A DNA stretch of 64,000 bases from a virus (Duplodnaviria > Caudoviricetes): IMG/VR virus record IMGVR_UViG_3300021962_000022. One strand, 5' to 3'. Both the position numbers and the translations under genes were made by a program. Positions 50,621 to 56,581 of this stretch are shown here, one piece after another. Position 1 is the stretch's first letter; each line of letters begins with the position of its first letter. Below the pieces are notes generated by a model that saw only the letters and a list, made by a program, of their open reading frames with translations, searched no databases and was not told where the DNA came from.

Positions 50621-50651
50621 TAAAAGATTTTAAAAATTAAATAAACTTTCG

Positions 50652-50741
50652 ATGATACGCTCAACACATACAATGTCGTTTACAATCTGTTCAAAATGGG
50701 CAGAGGTGGCTGATATTTGCATGTCCCGAGGTGTCTTGTGA
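50652..50741 (+). CDS. Candidate attenuator leader peptide 1 (MIRSTHTMSFTICSKWAEVADICMSRGVL)
   Basis: 29-codon ORF between promoter and terminator; contains the antiterminator segment 50724-50732. Confidence 0.55.
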   Translation: MIRSTHTMSFTICSKWAEVADICMSRGVL

Positions 50742-50769
50742 GTTGTTTAGTTTAAAACGATACTTTAAG

Positions 50770-50799
50770 AACCTCGGGAGAAATCTCGAGGTTTTTTTG
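50770..50799 (+). terminator. Attenuator terminator 1
   Basis: AACCTCGGGA-GAAA-TCTCGAGGTT plus T run. Confidence 0.9.
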
Positions 50800-50805
50800 T
50801 TTTAT

Positions 50806-50875
50806 GGGCCTGATGTCAACGGCAGACCGTCTGATTTGCAATCAGAACGATTGGGTTCGATTCCCACAGTGTCCA
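50806..50875 (+). tRNA. tRNA-Ala(TGC), imperfect acceptor/T stems
   Basis: TCTGA-TT TGC AA-TCAGA; G3:U70 present; TTCGATT loop. Confidence 0.7.
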
Positions 50876-50881
50876 CAAAGA

Positions 50882-50904
50882 TGTTCTTTGACATATTGGT
50901 TTAA
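50882..50904 (+). promoter_or_regulatory. boxA-like antitermination element
   Basis: TGTTCTTTGACATATTGGTTTAA, identical 23-mer at 53981-54003. Confidence 0.6.
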
Positions 50905-50907
50905 TTT

Positions 50908-50980
50908 GGTACCGTAGCTCAGTAGGTAGAGCACCAGACTGAAAATCTGGGTGTCACTGGTTCAAATCCAGTCGGTACCA
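50908..50980 (+). tRNA. tRNA-Phe(GAA)
   Basis: CCAGA-CT GAA AA-TCTGG; acceptor GGTACCG/CGGTACC. Confidence 0.95.
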
Positions 50981-50985
50981 CACTT

Positions 50986-51059
50986 GTCTTCGTAGCTCAG
51001 TTGGTTAGAGCACCTCACTTTTAATGAGGGAGTCACGCGTTCGAGTCGCGTCGGGGACA
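50986..51059 (+). tRNA. tRNA-Lys(TTT)
   Basis: CCTCA-CT TTT AA-TGAGG. Confidence 0.95.
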
Positions 51060-51063
51060 CAAA

Positions 51064-51191
51064 GGTTGATTGGGGAATGGTTATGTCTATAGTTCGAGAG
51101 TGAATACTGACTGATATAATCGGAGTTTGGAGGTATTCACCTAAGTAACGCCAATCGTAAAAGGAGATGTCCACTGAACCATCTTCTCCTT
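51064..51191 (+). ncRNA. Unassigned structured RNA A
   Basis: GATTGG/CCAATC, GTTAT/GTAAC, GTGAATAC/GTATTCAC, AGGAGATG/CATCTTCT. Confidence 0.5.
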
Positions 51192-51201
51192 TCCTTGACT
51201 T

Positions 51202-51274
51202 AGTTCCTTAGCTCAGTTGGTAGAGCATCTGCCTTACATGCAGAGGGTCGTTGGTTCGAATCCGACAGGAACTA
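51202..51274 (+). tRNA. tRNA-Val(TAC)
   Basis: TCTGC-CT TAC AT-GCAGA. Confidence 0.95.
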
Positions 51275-51282
51275 CATTATAC

Positions 51283-51353
51283 ACAGGTGTGGTGAAAGGG
51301 TATCATACCGGTCTCCAAAACCGTTGTTGGGAGTTCGAATCTCTCCACCTGTG
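51283..51353 (+). tRNA. tRNA-Trp(CCA)
   Basis: CGGT-CT CCA AA-ACCG; acceptor ACAGGTG/CACCTGT. Confidence 0.92.
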
Positions 51354-51428
51354 CAAATTATATGTAAAGACATATAAAATAACGGTACATAATAAAATTA
51401 TATCTAAAAACATATAAAACTAAAAACT

Positions 51429-51860
51429 ATGAATAATCAAATGGGAATCGAAGCAGCAAAAATTAAATTTGAGGCTGAGAAAATGAAACTAAAGGAGGAA
51501 AGAGAACAAAGGATTAAAGATTTTTGGGAAAACGGAATACCCAAATTAAATAATCCTGAAGACGTACCAACCCTTCCAAGAGTGAATGAAAAAGAATGGA
51601 AAGAGTATTATGTACCAAGATTGATTGATGCGGGTGCAATCCCCAAAAAAGATTTAATCCACGGACAAGTTTATATTGGTGACCATCGAAACACAGATGT
51701 TGCAAGATGGAATCAAGAAACAAATAAATTTGACCATATGAGATATAAATTTGGTTGGAGGAAAGATGACTGTAACCATTTTGAAGATGATGATGGGTTT
51801 GCGTTATTTGTTCCGATTAGATTAGGTACTGAAGATGATTGGAATGAAAGAATTAAATAA
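51429..51860 (+). CDS. Hypothetical protein within the tRNA array
   Basis: 143 aa, A-rich initiation context. Confidence 0.75.
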   Translation: MNNQMGIEAAKIKFEAEKMKLKEEREQRIKDFWENGIPKLNNPEDVPTLPRVNEKEWKEYYVPRLIDAGAIPKKDLIHGQVYIGDHRNTDVARWNQETNKFDHMRYKFGWRKDDCNHFEDDDGFALFVPIRLGTEDDWNERIK

Positions 51861-51865
51861 ATGAT

Positions 51866-51939
51866 ACTCTCGTAGTTCAATGGATTAGAACATTTCACTA
51901 CGGATGAAAGGGTTGGGAGTTCGAGTCTCTCCGAGAGTA
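51866..51939 (+). tRNA. tRNA-Arg(ACG)
   Basis: TTTCA-CT ACG GA-TGAAA. Confidence 0.93.
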
Positions 51940-51945
51940 CAATAA

Positions 51946-52015
51946 GGTCAGTTTGGTCATGGAGGCCGGTTAGTCTGCAAAACTAACGGAGTTGGTTCGA
52001 TTCCAACATTGACCT
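51946..52015 (+). tRNA. tRNA-Cys(GCA)
   Basis: TTAGT-CT GCA AA-ACTAA; U73 discriminator. Confidence 0.9.
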
Positions 52016-52071
52016 CAATATAAGGTCTGAACCTAATAGTGGGGGATTATTAGGTCTAGAACTTATAATAT

Positions 52072-52146
52072 GGTAGATATAGTTCAGTTGGTTAGAACGT
52101 CTGATTGTGGTTCAGAAGGTCGTCGGTTCGAATCCGATTATTTACC
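52072..52146 (+). tRNA. tRNA-His(GTG)
   Basis: TCTGA-TT GTG GT-TCAGA; G-1:C73. Confidence 0.93.
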
Positions 52147-52152
52147 CTTTAT

Positions 52153-52229
52153 TGGAATATAGCTCAATTGGTTAGAGCATTCGTCTGATACGCGAAAGGT
52201 TATAGGTTCGATTCCTATTATTCCAACCA
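52153..52229 (+). tRNA. tRNA-Ile(GAT), CCA encoded
   Basis: TTCGT-CT GAT AC-GCGAA. Confidence 0.95.
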
Positions 52230-52234
52230 AACAT

Positions 52235-52308
52235 TGCGGGGTGGACTGGAGAGGTTCCAGCTCAGTCTCATAAGCTGAATGACGTGGGTTCGATTCCCAC
52301 CCCCGCAA
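52235..52308 (+). tRNA. tRNA-Met(CAT), initiator-like 5' end
   Basis: TCAGT-CT CAT AA-GCTGA; starts TGCGGGGTGG but lacks the three G:C anticodon-stem pairs. Confidence 0.85.
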
Positions 52309-52388
52309 CTTTTTCATTGAATATTTTGAAATATGAAATTTCATGTTTATATTTTAATTGTTCGTTTGTTCTTTGAAATAAAAATATG

Positions 52389-52471
52389 GGTATAACTAGG
52401 GTCGAGCCAGATTTTGCCACGGTTATATCAAGGGTTGGAAGGACCAGAGCTGGCCGTGACTACTCCAACCC
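52389..52471 (+). ncRNA. Unassigned structured RNA B (two hairpins with complementary loops)
   Basis: GGTATAAC/GTTATATC and GGGTTGGA/TCCAACCC; loop segments GCCAG/CTGGC and GGTC/GACT; boxA-like site at 52367-79 upstream. Confidence 0.55.
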
Positions 52472-52477
52472 ACTATC

Positions 52478-52551
52478 GCCTCCTTAGCTCAGTTGGCCAG
52501 AGCGCCTCACTTGTAATGAGGATGTCGTTGGTTCGAATCCGACAGGAGGCT
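52478..52551 (+). tRNA. tRNA-Thr(TGT)
   Basis: CCTCA-CT TGT AA-TGAGG. Confidence 0.95.
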
Positions 52552-52560
52552 CTGCAGGGT

Positions 52561-52646
52561 TTTCGGTGTAAAGGGTGTCACAACCTACCTGAGCAAAACC
52601 TAACACATGTCCACTATGTGTTAGGGTAATGTGGATAAAACCGAAA
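52561..52646 (+). ncRNA. Unassigned structured RNA C (pseudoknot)
   Basis: TTTCGGT/ACCGAAA closing stem; CCTAACACAT/ATGTGTTAGG with loop GTCCAC pairing to GTGGAT at 52631-36. Confidence 0.55.
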
Positions 52647-52648
52647 TT

Positions 52649-52720
52649 GGTCTCATAGTTAAACGGCTATAATGCAGCCCTGTCACGGCTGAGTTCGGGG
52701 TTCGATTCCCCGTGGGACCG
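52649..52720 (+). tRNA. tRNA-Asp(GTC)
   Basis: CAGCC-CT GTC AC-GGCTG. Confidence 0.95.
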
Positions 52721-52721
52721 C

Positions 52722-53005
52722 AATGGGTAAGAGATACTCAGGAAGATTGGCTACATTCTTTAAAAAAGTAGTGGTGGTAAAAAAATCCTCGACCTTAATG
52801 AGGTATCGATTCGGATAAAACGGTAGCAAGACTCTGCACCGCCGACGTATAGAGTTGACAGGTTTTTATGTGGTAAGACACTAATGAGAAAGGCCCAATG
52901 ATGGAGGACACTTTTAAGCAATATGTTCAGAGAGCGTTGGGGGATATGGTTCTCGAAACAGTGAGAGAAACCCGTTAAAATCTACTTATTGTAATCTCAG
53001 ATAAG
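52722..53005 (+). ncRNA. Unassigned ~285-nt multi-helix RNA D
   Basis: AATGGGT/ACCCGTT long-range pair; CCCAAT/GTTGGG crossing GAGAGC/GTTCTC; several local hairpins; no ORF in the track. Confidence 0.5.
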
Positions 53006-53011
53006 GAAATT

Positions 53012-53097
53012 GGAGAGTTGGCAGAGCTGGTTGAACGCGGCGGTCTTGAAAACCGTTTTATCGAAAGGTAACGGGGGTTCGAATCCCTCACTCTCCG
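53012..53097 (+). tRNA. tRNA-Ser(TGA)
   Basis: GCGGT-CT TGA AA-ACCGT; long variable arm. Confidence 0.95.
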
Positions 53098-53105
53098 CAA
53101 ATTAT

Positions 53106-53180
53106 GGCCCTTTCGTCTATCGGTTAGGACAGGTCCCTTTCACGGACCAGAGACGGGTTCGATTCCCGTAGGGGCTACCA
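53106..53180 (+). tRNA. tRNA-Glu(TTC), CCA encoded
   Basis: GGTCC-CT TTC AC-GGACC. Confidence 0.95.
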
Positions 53181-53194
53181 AACAAAAAACCAAT

Positions 53195-53437
53195 ATGTTA
53201 GAGAAAATTTTAGAACAATACGAAGGTGAAGAAATCTTAATCGCGGATGGATTTGATAATGCTGTTATAGGTATTGACGAATCTTCAATGAGATTAATTT
53301 ATTCTGTTGAAAAGTGTATAGAAATCCTTATGAAACAAGGAATGGATATGACTGAAGCCGTTGAATACTTTGATTTTAATGTGTCAGGTTCATATGTTGG
53401 GGAGAAGACACCAATATGGTGTGACGATTTATTTTAA
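53195..53437 (+). CDS. Small acidic hypothetical protein
   Basis: 80 aa; ADGFDNAVIG..RLIYS..EAVEYFDFNV.GSYVGEKTP. Confidence 0.75.
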   Translation: MLEKILEQYEGEEILIADGFDNAVIGIDESSMRLIYSVEKCIEILMKQGMDMTEAVEYFDFNVSGSYVGEKTPIWCDDLF

Positions 53438-53550
53438 AAAATAACACCCTATGTTACCCTATTGTTAAAGGAATTTATTAATATGTTTTTTTTATTATAT
53501 TACAATATCTATAAGTAATAATAAAAAATAAAAACAAACAAAAGAAAATT

Positions 53551-53715
53551 ATGCAAAAAGAACAAATACTAGGAATCGTAAGACACACATTAACATTTAT
53601 TGGTGGTGCATTAGTAGCAAAAGGATTAACAACAGACGTTTTATCTAATGAATTAATTGGTGCTGCAATGACATTAATTGGTGGTGTGTGGTCAATCATA
53701 TCAAAAAATAAATAA
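53551..53715 (+). CDS. Small two-TM protein, holin-like (not in the ORF track)
   Basis: MQKEQILGIVRHTLTFIGGALVAKGLTTDVLSNELIGAAMTLIGGVWSIISKNK, 54 aa, A-rich initiation region. Confidence 0.75.
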   Translation: MQKEQILGIVRHTLTFIGGALVAKGLTTDVLSNELIGAAMTLIGGVWSIISKNK

Positions 53716-53731
53716 AAAAATTTTAAAATTA

Positions 53732-53762
53732 CTTGTAAATAAAAAAACTTTTCGTATCTTTG
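53732..53762 (+). promoter_or_regulatory. Bacteroidota sigma70-type promoter of tRNA operon 2
   Basis: CTTG (53732-35), 19-nt spacer, TATCTTTG (53755-62). Confidence 0.8.
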
Positions 53763-53779
53763 TAATAGTTATTTAAGAA

Positions 53780-53884
53780 ATGATGAACTTGGTATACATA
53801 CAACAACCGTCAAACAATCCACTTAGTGGTAATGGGAGAGGTATATATTTATGTGGCCCAAGTTCGGAGTTAAACAAGTTGTAA
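53780..53884 (+). CDS. Candidate attenuator leader peptide 2 (MMNLVYIQQPSNNPLSGNGRGIYLCGPSSELNKL)
   Basis: 34-codon ORF between promoter and terminator; contains the antiterminator segment 53861-53871. Confidence 0.5.
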   Translation: MMNLVYIQQPSNNPLSGNGRGIYLCGPSSELNKL

Positions 53885-53910
53885 GAAAGTAAAAAACTTA
53901 TAGACAGGTG

Positions 53911-53942
53911 AAACCCGAACTCAAAAAAAGTTCGGGTTTTTT
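53911..53942 (+). terminator. Attenuator terminator 2
   Basis: AAACCCGAACT-CAAAAAA-AGTTCGGGTTT plus T run. Confidence 0.9.
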
Positions 53943-53980
53943 GTTTTTTAAGATTTTCGCTCTTATATTTTGATTATATT

Positions 53981-54003
53981 TGTTCTTTGACATATTGGTT
54001 TAA
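53981..54003 (+). promoter_or_regulatory. boxA-like antitermination element
   Basis: Identical to 50882-50904. Confidence 0.6.
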
Positions 54004-54009
54004 GTAGAT

Positions 54010-54094
54010 GCCGAGGTGATGGAATGGTAGACATGAGGGACTTAAAATCCCTTGGACAGTAATGTTCGTGTGGGTTCGACTCCCATCCTCGGTA
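54010..54094 (+). tRNA. tRNA-Leu(TAA)
   Basis: AGGGA-CT TAA AA-TCCCT; long variable arm. Confidence 0.95.
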
Positions 54095-54097
54095 CAA

Positions 54098-54300
54098 AAG
54101 AAACATCCTTACAGAAGGTGATAATGCTTCACTGAAAGGACTACTGACTTCCAAGTGGGTCGCAACCACAATCGGAAGGTACGACACGGCTCAGTAGACT
54201 CTGTAATGGACCCTGATCTATGGTGCACACATAACAGGTGATGGGGAACAAACCATCGGTAAAATCTAAACCTACGGTGAGCGTAGAAGGATTGTTTCTT
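54098..54300 (+). ncRNA. Unassigned ~200-nt multi-helix RNA E
   Basis: AAGAAACA-TCCT/AGGA-T-TGTTTCTT ends; TACAGA/TCTGTA; CTACTGA/TCAGTAG; CTTCC/GGAAG; CCTG/CAGG; GATGG/CCATC; CTACG/CGTAG. Confidence 0.65.
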
Positions 54301-54306
54301 TTTTTT

Positions 54307-54380
54307 GTCTCCGTAGCTCAGTTGGATAGAGCAACAGCCTTCTAAGCTGTGGGTCATTGGTTCGAATCCAATCGGGGATA
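54307..54380 (+). tRNA. tRNA-Arg(TCT)
   Basis: ACAGC-CT TCT AA-GCTGT. Confidence 0.95.
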
Positions 54381-54382
54381 CT

Positions 54383-54522
54383 AAGATAGTGGTCACTCTT
54401 ACAATGAAAGTCGACAAAGTAGTTGTAAGGTTCATAGTGTTCAGCACCCTCGGCCAGTGCACTGATAAAACTCAGAAGAAGCCGTTAAGATTGGAGCGAG
54501 ATGGGTACTCCATCACTATCTT
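54383..54522 (+). ncRNA. Unassigned ~140-nt structured RNA F
   Basis: AAGATAGTG/CACTATCTT ends; CTTACAA/TTGTAAG enclosing GAA...AGTA; TCAG-CAC/GTG-CA-CTGA; TGGAG/CTCCA. Confidence 0.6.
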
Positions 54523-54527
54523 TTTAT

Positions 54528-54600
<73 letters not shown>

Positions 54601-54605
54601 CACAA

Positions 54606-54677
54606 TCCTCGATAGCTCAGCGGTAGAGCACACGGCTGTTAACCGTGTGGTCGTTGGTTCGAATCCATCTCGGGGAG
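54606..54677 (+). tRNA. tRNA-Asn(GTT)
   Basis: CACGG-CT GTT AA-CCGTG. Confidence 0.93.
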
Positions 54678-54753
54678 CAAAAAAATCGCTGATAGAAACA
54701 TCGAAGGTGTACAATGCTAGCAACACCGTAGGTTAAGCGATATCCTACAATAG

Positions 54754-54834
54754 GCCTTGGTGGTGGAATGGTAGACACGCTAGTCTTAGGAACTAGTGGC
54801 GAAAGTCGTGTCGGTTCGAGTCCGACCTGAGGTA
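54754..54834 (+). tRNA. tRNA-Leu(TAG)
   Basis: CTAGT-CT TAG GA-ACTAG; long variable arm. Confidence 0.95.
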
Positions 54835-54840
54835 CAAAAT

Positions 54841-54923
54841 TGAAAGGTGGGTGAGTGGTTAAAACCGACAGACTGTAAATCTGTTCTCTTTGGAGTACGG
54901 CGGTTCGAATCCGTCCCTTTCAA
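54841..54923 (+). tRNA. tRNA-Tyr(GTA)
   Basis: ACAGA-CT GTA AA-TCTGT; long variable arm. Confidence 0.95.
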
Positions 54924-54936
54924 CAAAAATATTAAT

Positions 54937-55491
54937 ATGGGAACTAGAAGTAAAAAAATTTCAGAGATGTTATCAAACATAACACCTGAAATGAAAGAGA
55001 AATGGAAACAAGAAAGAGTTGAGAGTAAAAAGAAATTAACTCTTGAATATCAACTTGGTTACTATGTTGGTTTGGAGATTGTTCACAGATATCTACCAAC
55101 ACTTTCCACAGATATGTTACAATCTCGTACCGTGATTGAAGTTTCTGAAGAAGATACTTTAGAAAATGAAAGATTGGATACCGAATGGTATTCAACAACA
55201 ACACACGGTGGAGAATGGAATGGTGTTGATGAAAATGGTAATAAAGAAAAATGGGAGTTGTACCATCAACACAATAAGATGTTAGAGAGGAAATACCTAC
55301 CAAATCCATTAGAGTGTTACATGAGTTTATTAAATGTTCAAAACATGGATGAATTTAAAAAAGGTTTAAGGTTCGCTTTGTGGGATTGTGATATGTGTTC
55401 ATACAATATTGAACCTGAAAACATAAAAATTTACGATGATGAACAATCAATGTTTACAATCATCGAATTACAATTAGATTCAGTGGTGTAG
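54937..55491 (+). CDS. Hypothetical protein within the tRNA array
   Basis: In frame with ORF-track 54847; true start likely ATG 54937 (MGTRSKK) after tRNA-Tyr; stop lies inside the next tRNA. Confidence 0.75.
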   Translation: MGTRSKKISEMLSNITPEMKEKWKQERVESKKKLTLEYQLGYYVGLEIVHRYLPTLSTDMLQSRTVIEVSEEDTLENERLDTEWYSTTTHGGEWNGVDENGNKEKWELYHQHNKMLERKYLPNPLECYMSLLNVQNMDEFKKGLRFALWDCDMCSYNIEPENIKIYDDEQSMFTIIELQLDSVV

Positions 55492-55558
55492 CTCAATTGG
55501 TGAGAGCAGGACTCTTATACAGTCAAGGTTATGGGTTCAAATCCCGTCATCACTACCA
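55482..55558 (+). tRNA. tRNA-Ile(TAT), CCA encoded
   Basis: GACT-CT TAT AC-AGTC; acceptor AGTGGTG/CATCACT. Confidence 0.85.
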
Positions 55559-55581
55559 ATTATCGTCGATTTGAACGATAC

Positions 55582-55655
55582 GGTCCCTTAGCTCAGTTGG
55601 TTAGAGCAACTGACTCATAATCAGTAGGTCCACGGTTCAAGCCCGTGAGGGACCA
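55582..55655 (+). tRNA. tRNA(CAT), Ile2-like (lysidine type) or elongator Met
   Basis: ACTGA-CT CAT AA-TCAGT; body GGTCCCTTAGCTCAG..TTAGAGCA..GACTCATAATC resembles bacterial Ile2 tRNAs. Confidence 0.85.
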
Positions 55656-55682
55656 CGGAGATATTTATATAATAAAAAAACT

Positions 55683-56054
55683 ATGGGAATTGAATTAAAA
55701 AAGAAAAAACAACTTATTGAAAGATTAAATAAAAGATTATTATCTGAAGCTGAGATGGAATGCCCCAAATCAACAAAAGATACTGAACTTAACGACACCA
55801 ATAAGAAAAAAATCGAAAAGACACATCAGTACGGATTACCAACTGAAGAAGCAAAAGAAAAAAATCAAAATTGTGGAAATTGTGTTGCGTTTGATATTTC
55901 ATCAAGAATGAAAGATTGTATGAGTGATAATAGTGGTGAAATTGGTTATTGTTGGATGCACCACTTTATGTGTTCAGGAAAAAAATGGTGTGACACATGG
56001 GTTGAAGGTGGTCCAATCACAAAAGATTCTGTTTCATACGAAAAACAACAATAA
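55683..56054 (+). CDS. Cys-rich protein with HiPIP-like cysteine spacing
   Basis: NCGNCVAF...GYCWMHHFMC...WCDTW; TATTTATA upstream. Confidence 0.65.
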   Translation: MGIELKKKKQLIERLNKRLLSEAEMECPKSTKDTELNDTNKKKIEKTHQYGLPTEEAKEKNQNCGNCVAFDISSRMKDCMSDNSGEIGYCWMHHFMCSGKKWCDTWVEGGPITKDSVSYEKQQ

Positions 56055-56117
56055 ATGTAGTCGTACCCTTAACTCCAAAACTCACCTATGAGTCTCCGTT
56101 ATGGGAAGGCTACTCCC

Positions 56118-56190
56118 GCGGAAATAGCTCAGTTGGTAGAGCATCACCTTGCCAAGGTGAGGGTCGCGAGTTCGAGTCTCGTTTTCCGCT
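56118..56190 (+). tRNA. tRNA-Gly(GCC)
   Basis: TCACC-TT GCC AA-GGTGA; U73. Confidence 0.95.
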
Positions 56191-56259
56191 CTAAGTAAAC
56201 CTTAAAAAGGGCCCTTCCGTTGGTACGACAACGGCTTGTTGGGCCCGGGTTTACTTTTT

Positions 56260-56331
56260 GCGAATATCGTATAATGGTCATTACTCCTTCCTTCCAAGTA
56301 GGAGATGTCGGTTCGATTCCGGCTATTCGCT
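56260..56331 (+). tRNA. tRNA-Gly(TCC)
   Basis: CCTTC-CT TCC AA-GTAGG (one mismatch); U73. Confidence 0.9.
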
Positions 56332-56384
56332 CAATCATTATAGAGACTACTAAATCGGGTTAGTGAGAATCTATTTGTTATTAT

Positions 56385-56455
56385 TGTCCTGTGGTGTAAC
56401 GGCAGCACATCTGGTTTTGGTCCAGAGAATTGAGGTTCGAATCCTTGCGGGACAA
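56385..56455 (+). tRNA. tRNA-Gln(TTG)
   Basis: TCTGG-TT TTG GT-CCAGA. Confidence 0.92.
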
Positions 56456-56493
56456 CAAAATTTTTAAATCATAAAAAAACCAATATGTCGAGA

Positions 56494-56581
56494 GGAAAGT
56501 TACCCAAGTTGGTGAAGGGGACGGTTTGCTAAACCGTTAGGTCGAGTAATCGGCGCGAGGGTTCGAGCCCCTCACTTTCCG
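56494..56581 (+). tRNA. tRNA-Ser(GCT)
   Basis: ACGGT-TT GCT AA-ACCGT; long variable arm. Confidence 0.95.

Noticed and set aside
50806-50875. Reading the first tRNA as Cys(GCA)
   Set aside because: The 5-bp stem gives a 7-nt loop centred on TGC and G3:U70 is present, so Ala fits; a proper Cys tRNA exists at 51946.
52021-52067. Hairpin between tRNA-Cys and tRNA-His
   Set aside because: Simple AT-rich stem (ACCTAATA/TATTAGGT); no evidence for more than a processing spacer.
52722-53005. RNase P RNA or intact group I intron
   Set aside because: Partial resemblance only (AGGAAG, AAAATCTACTTAT, P2-like and P3/P7-like pairs); P4 pairing is imperfect, the specificity domain, P4-P6 and P8 are missing, and no interrupted gene flanks it.
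56485-56532. Mini-ORF MSRGKLPKLVKGTVC* with a good A-rich start running into tRNA-Ser(GCT)
   Set aside because: Almost wholly inside the tRNA; more likely the leftover start of a deleted gene (same AAAAAACCAATATG context as ORF 53195).
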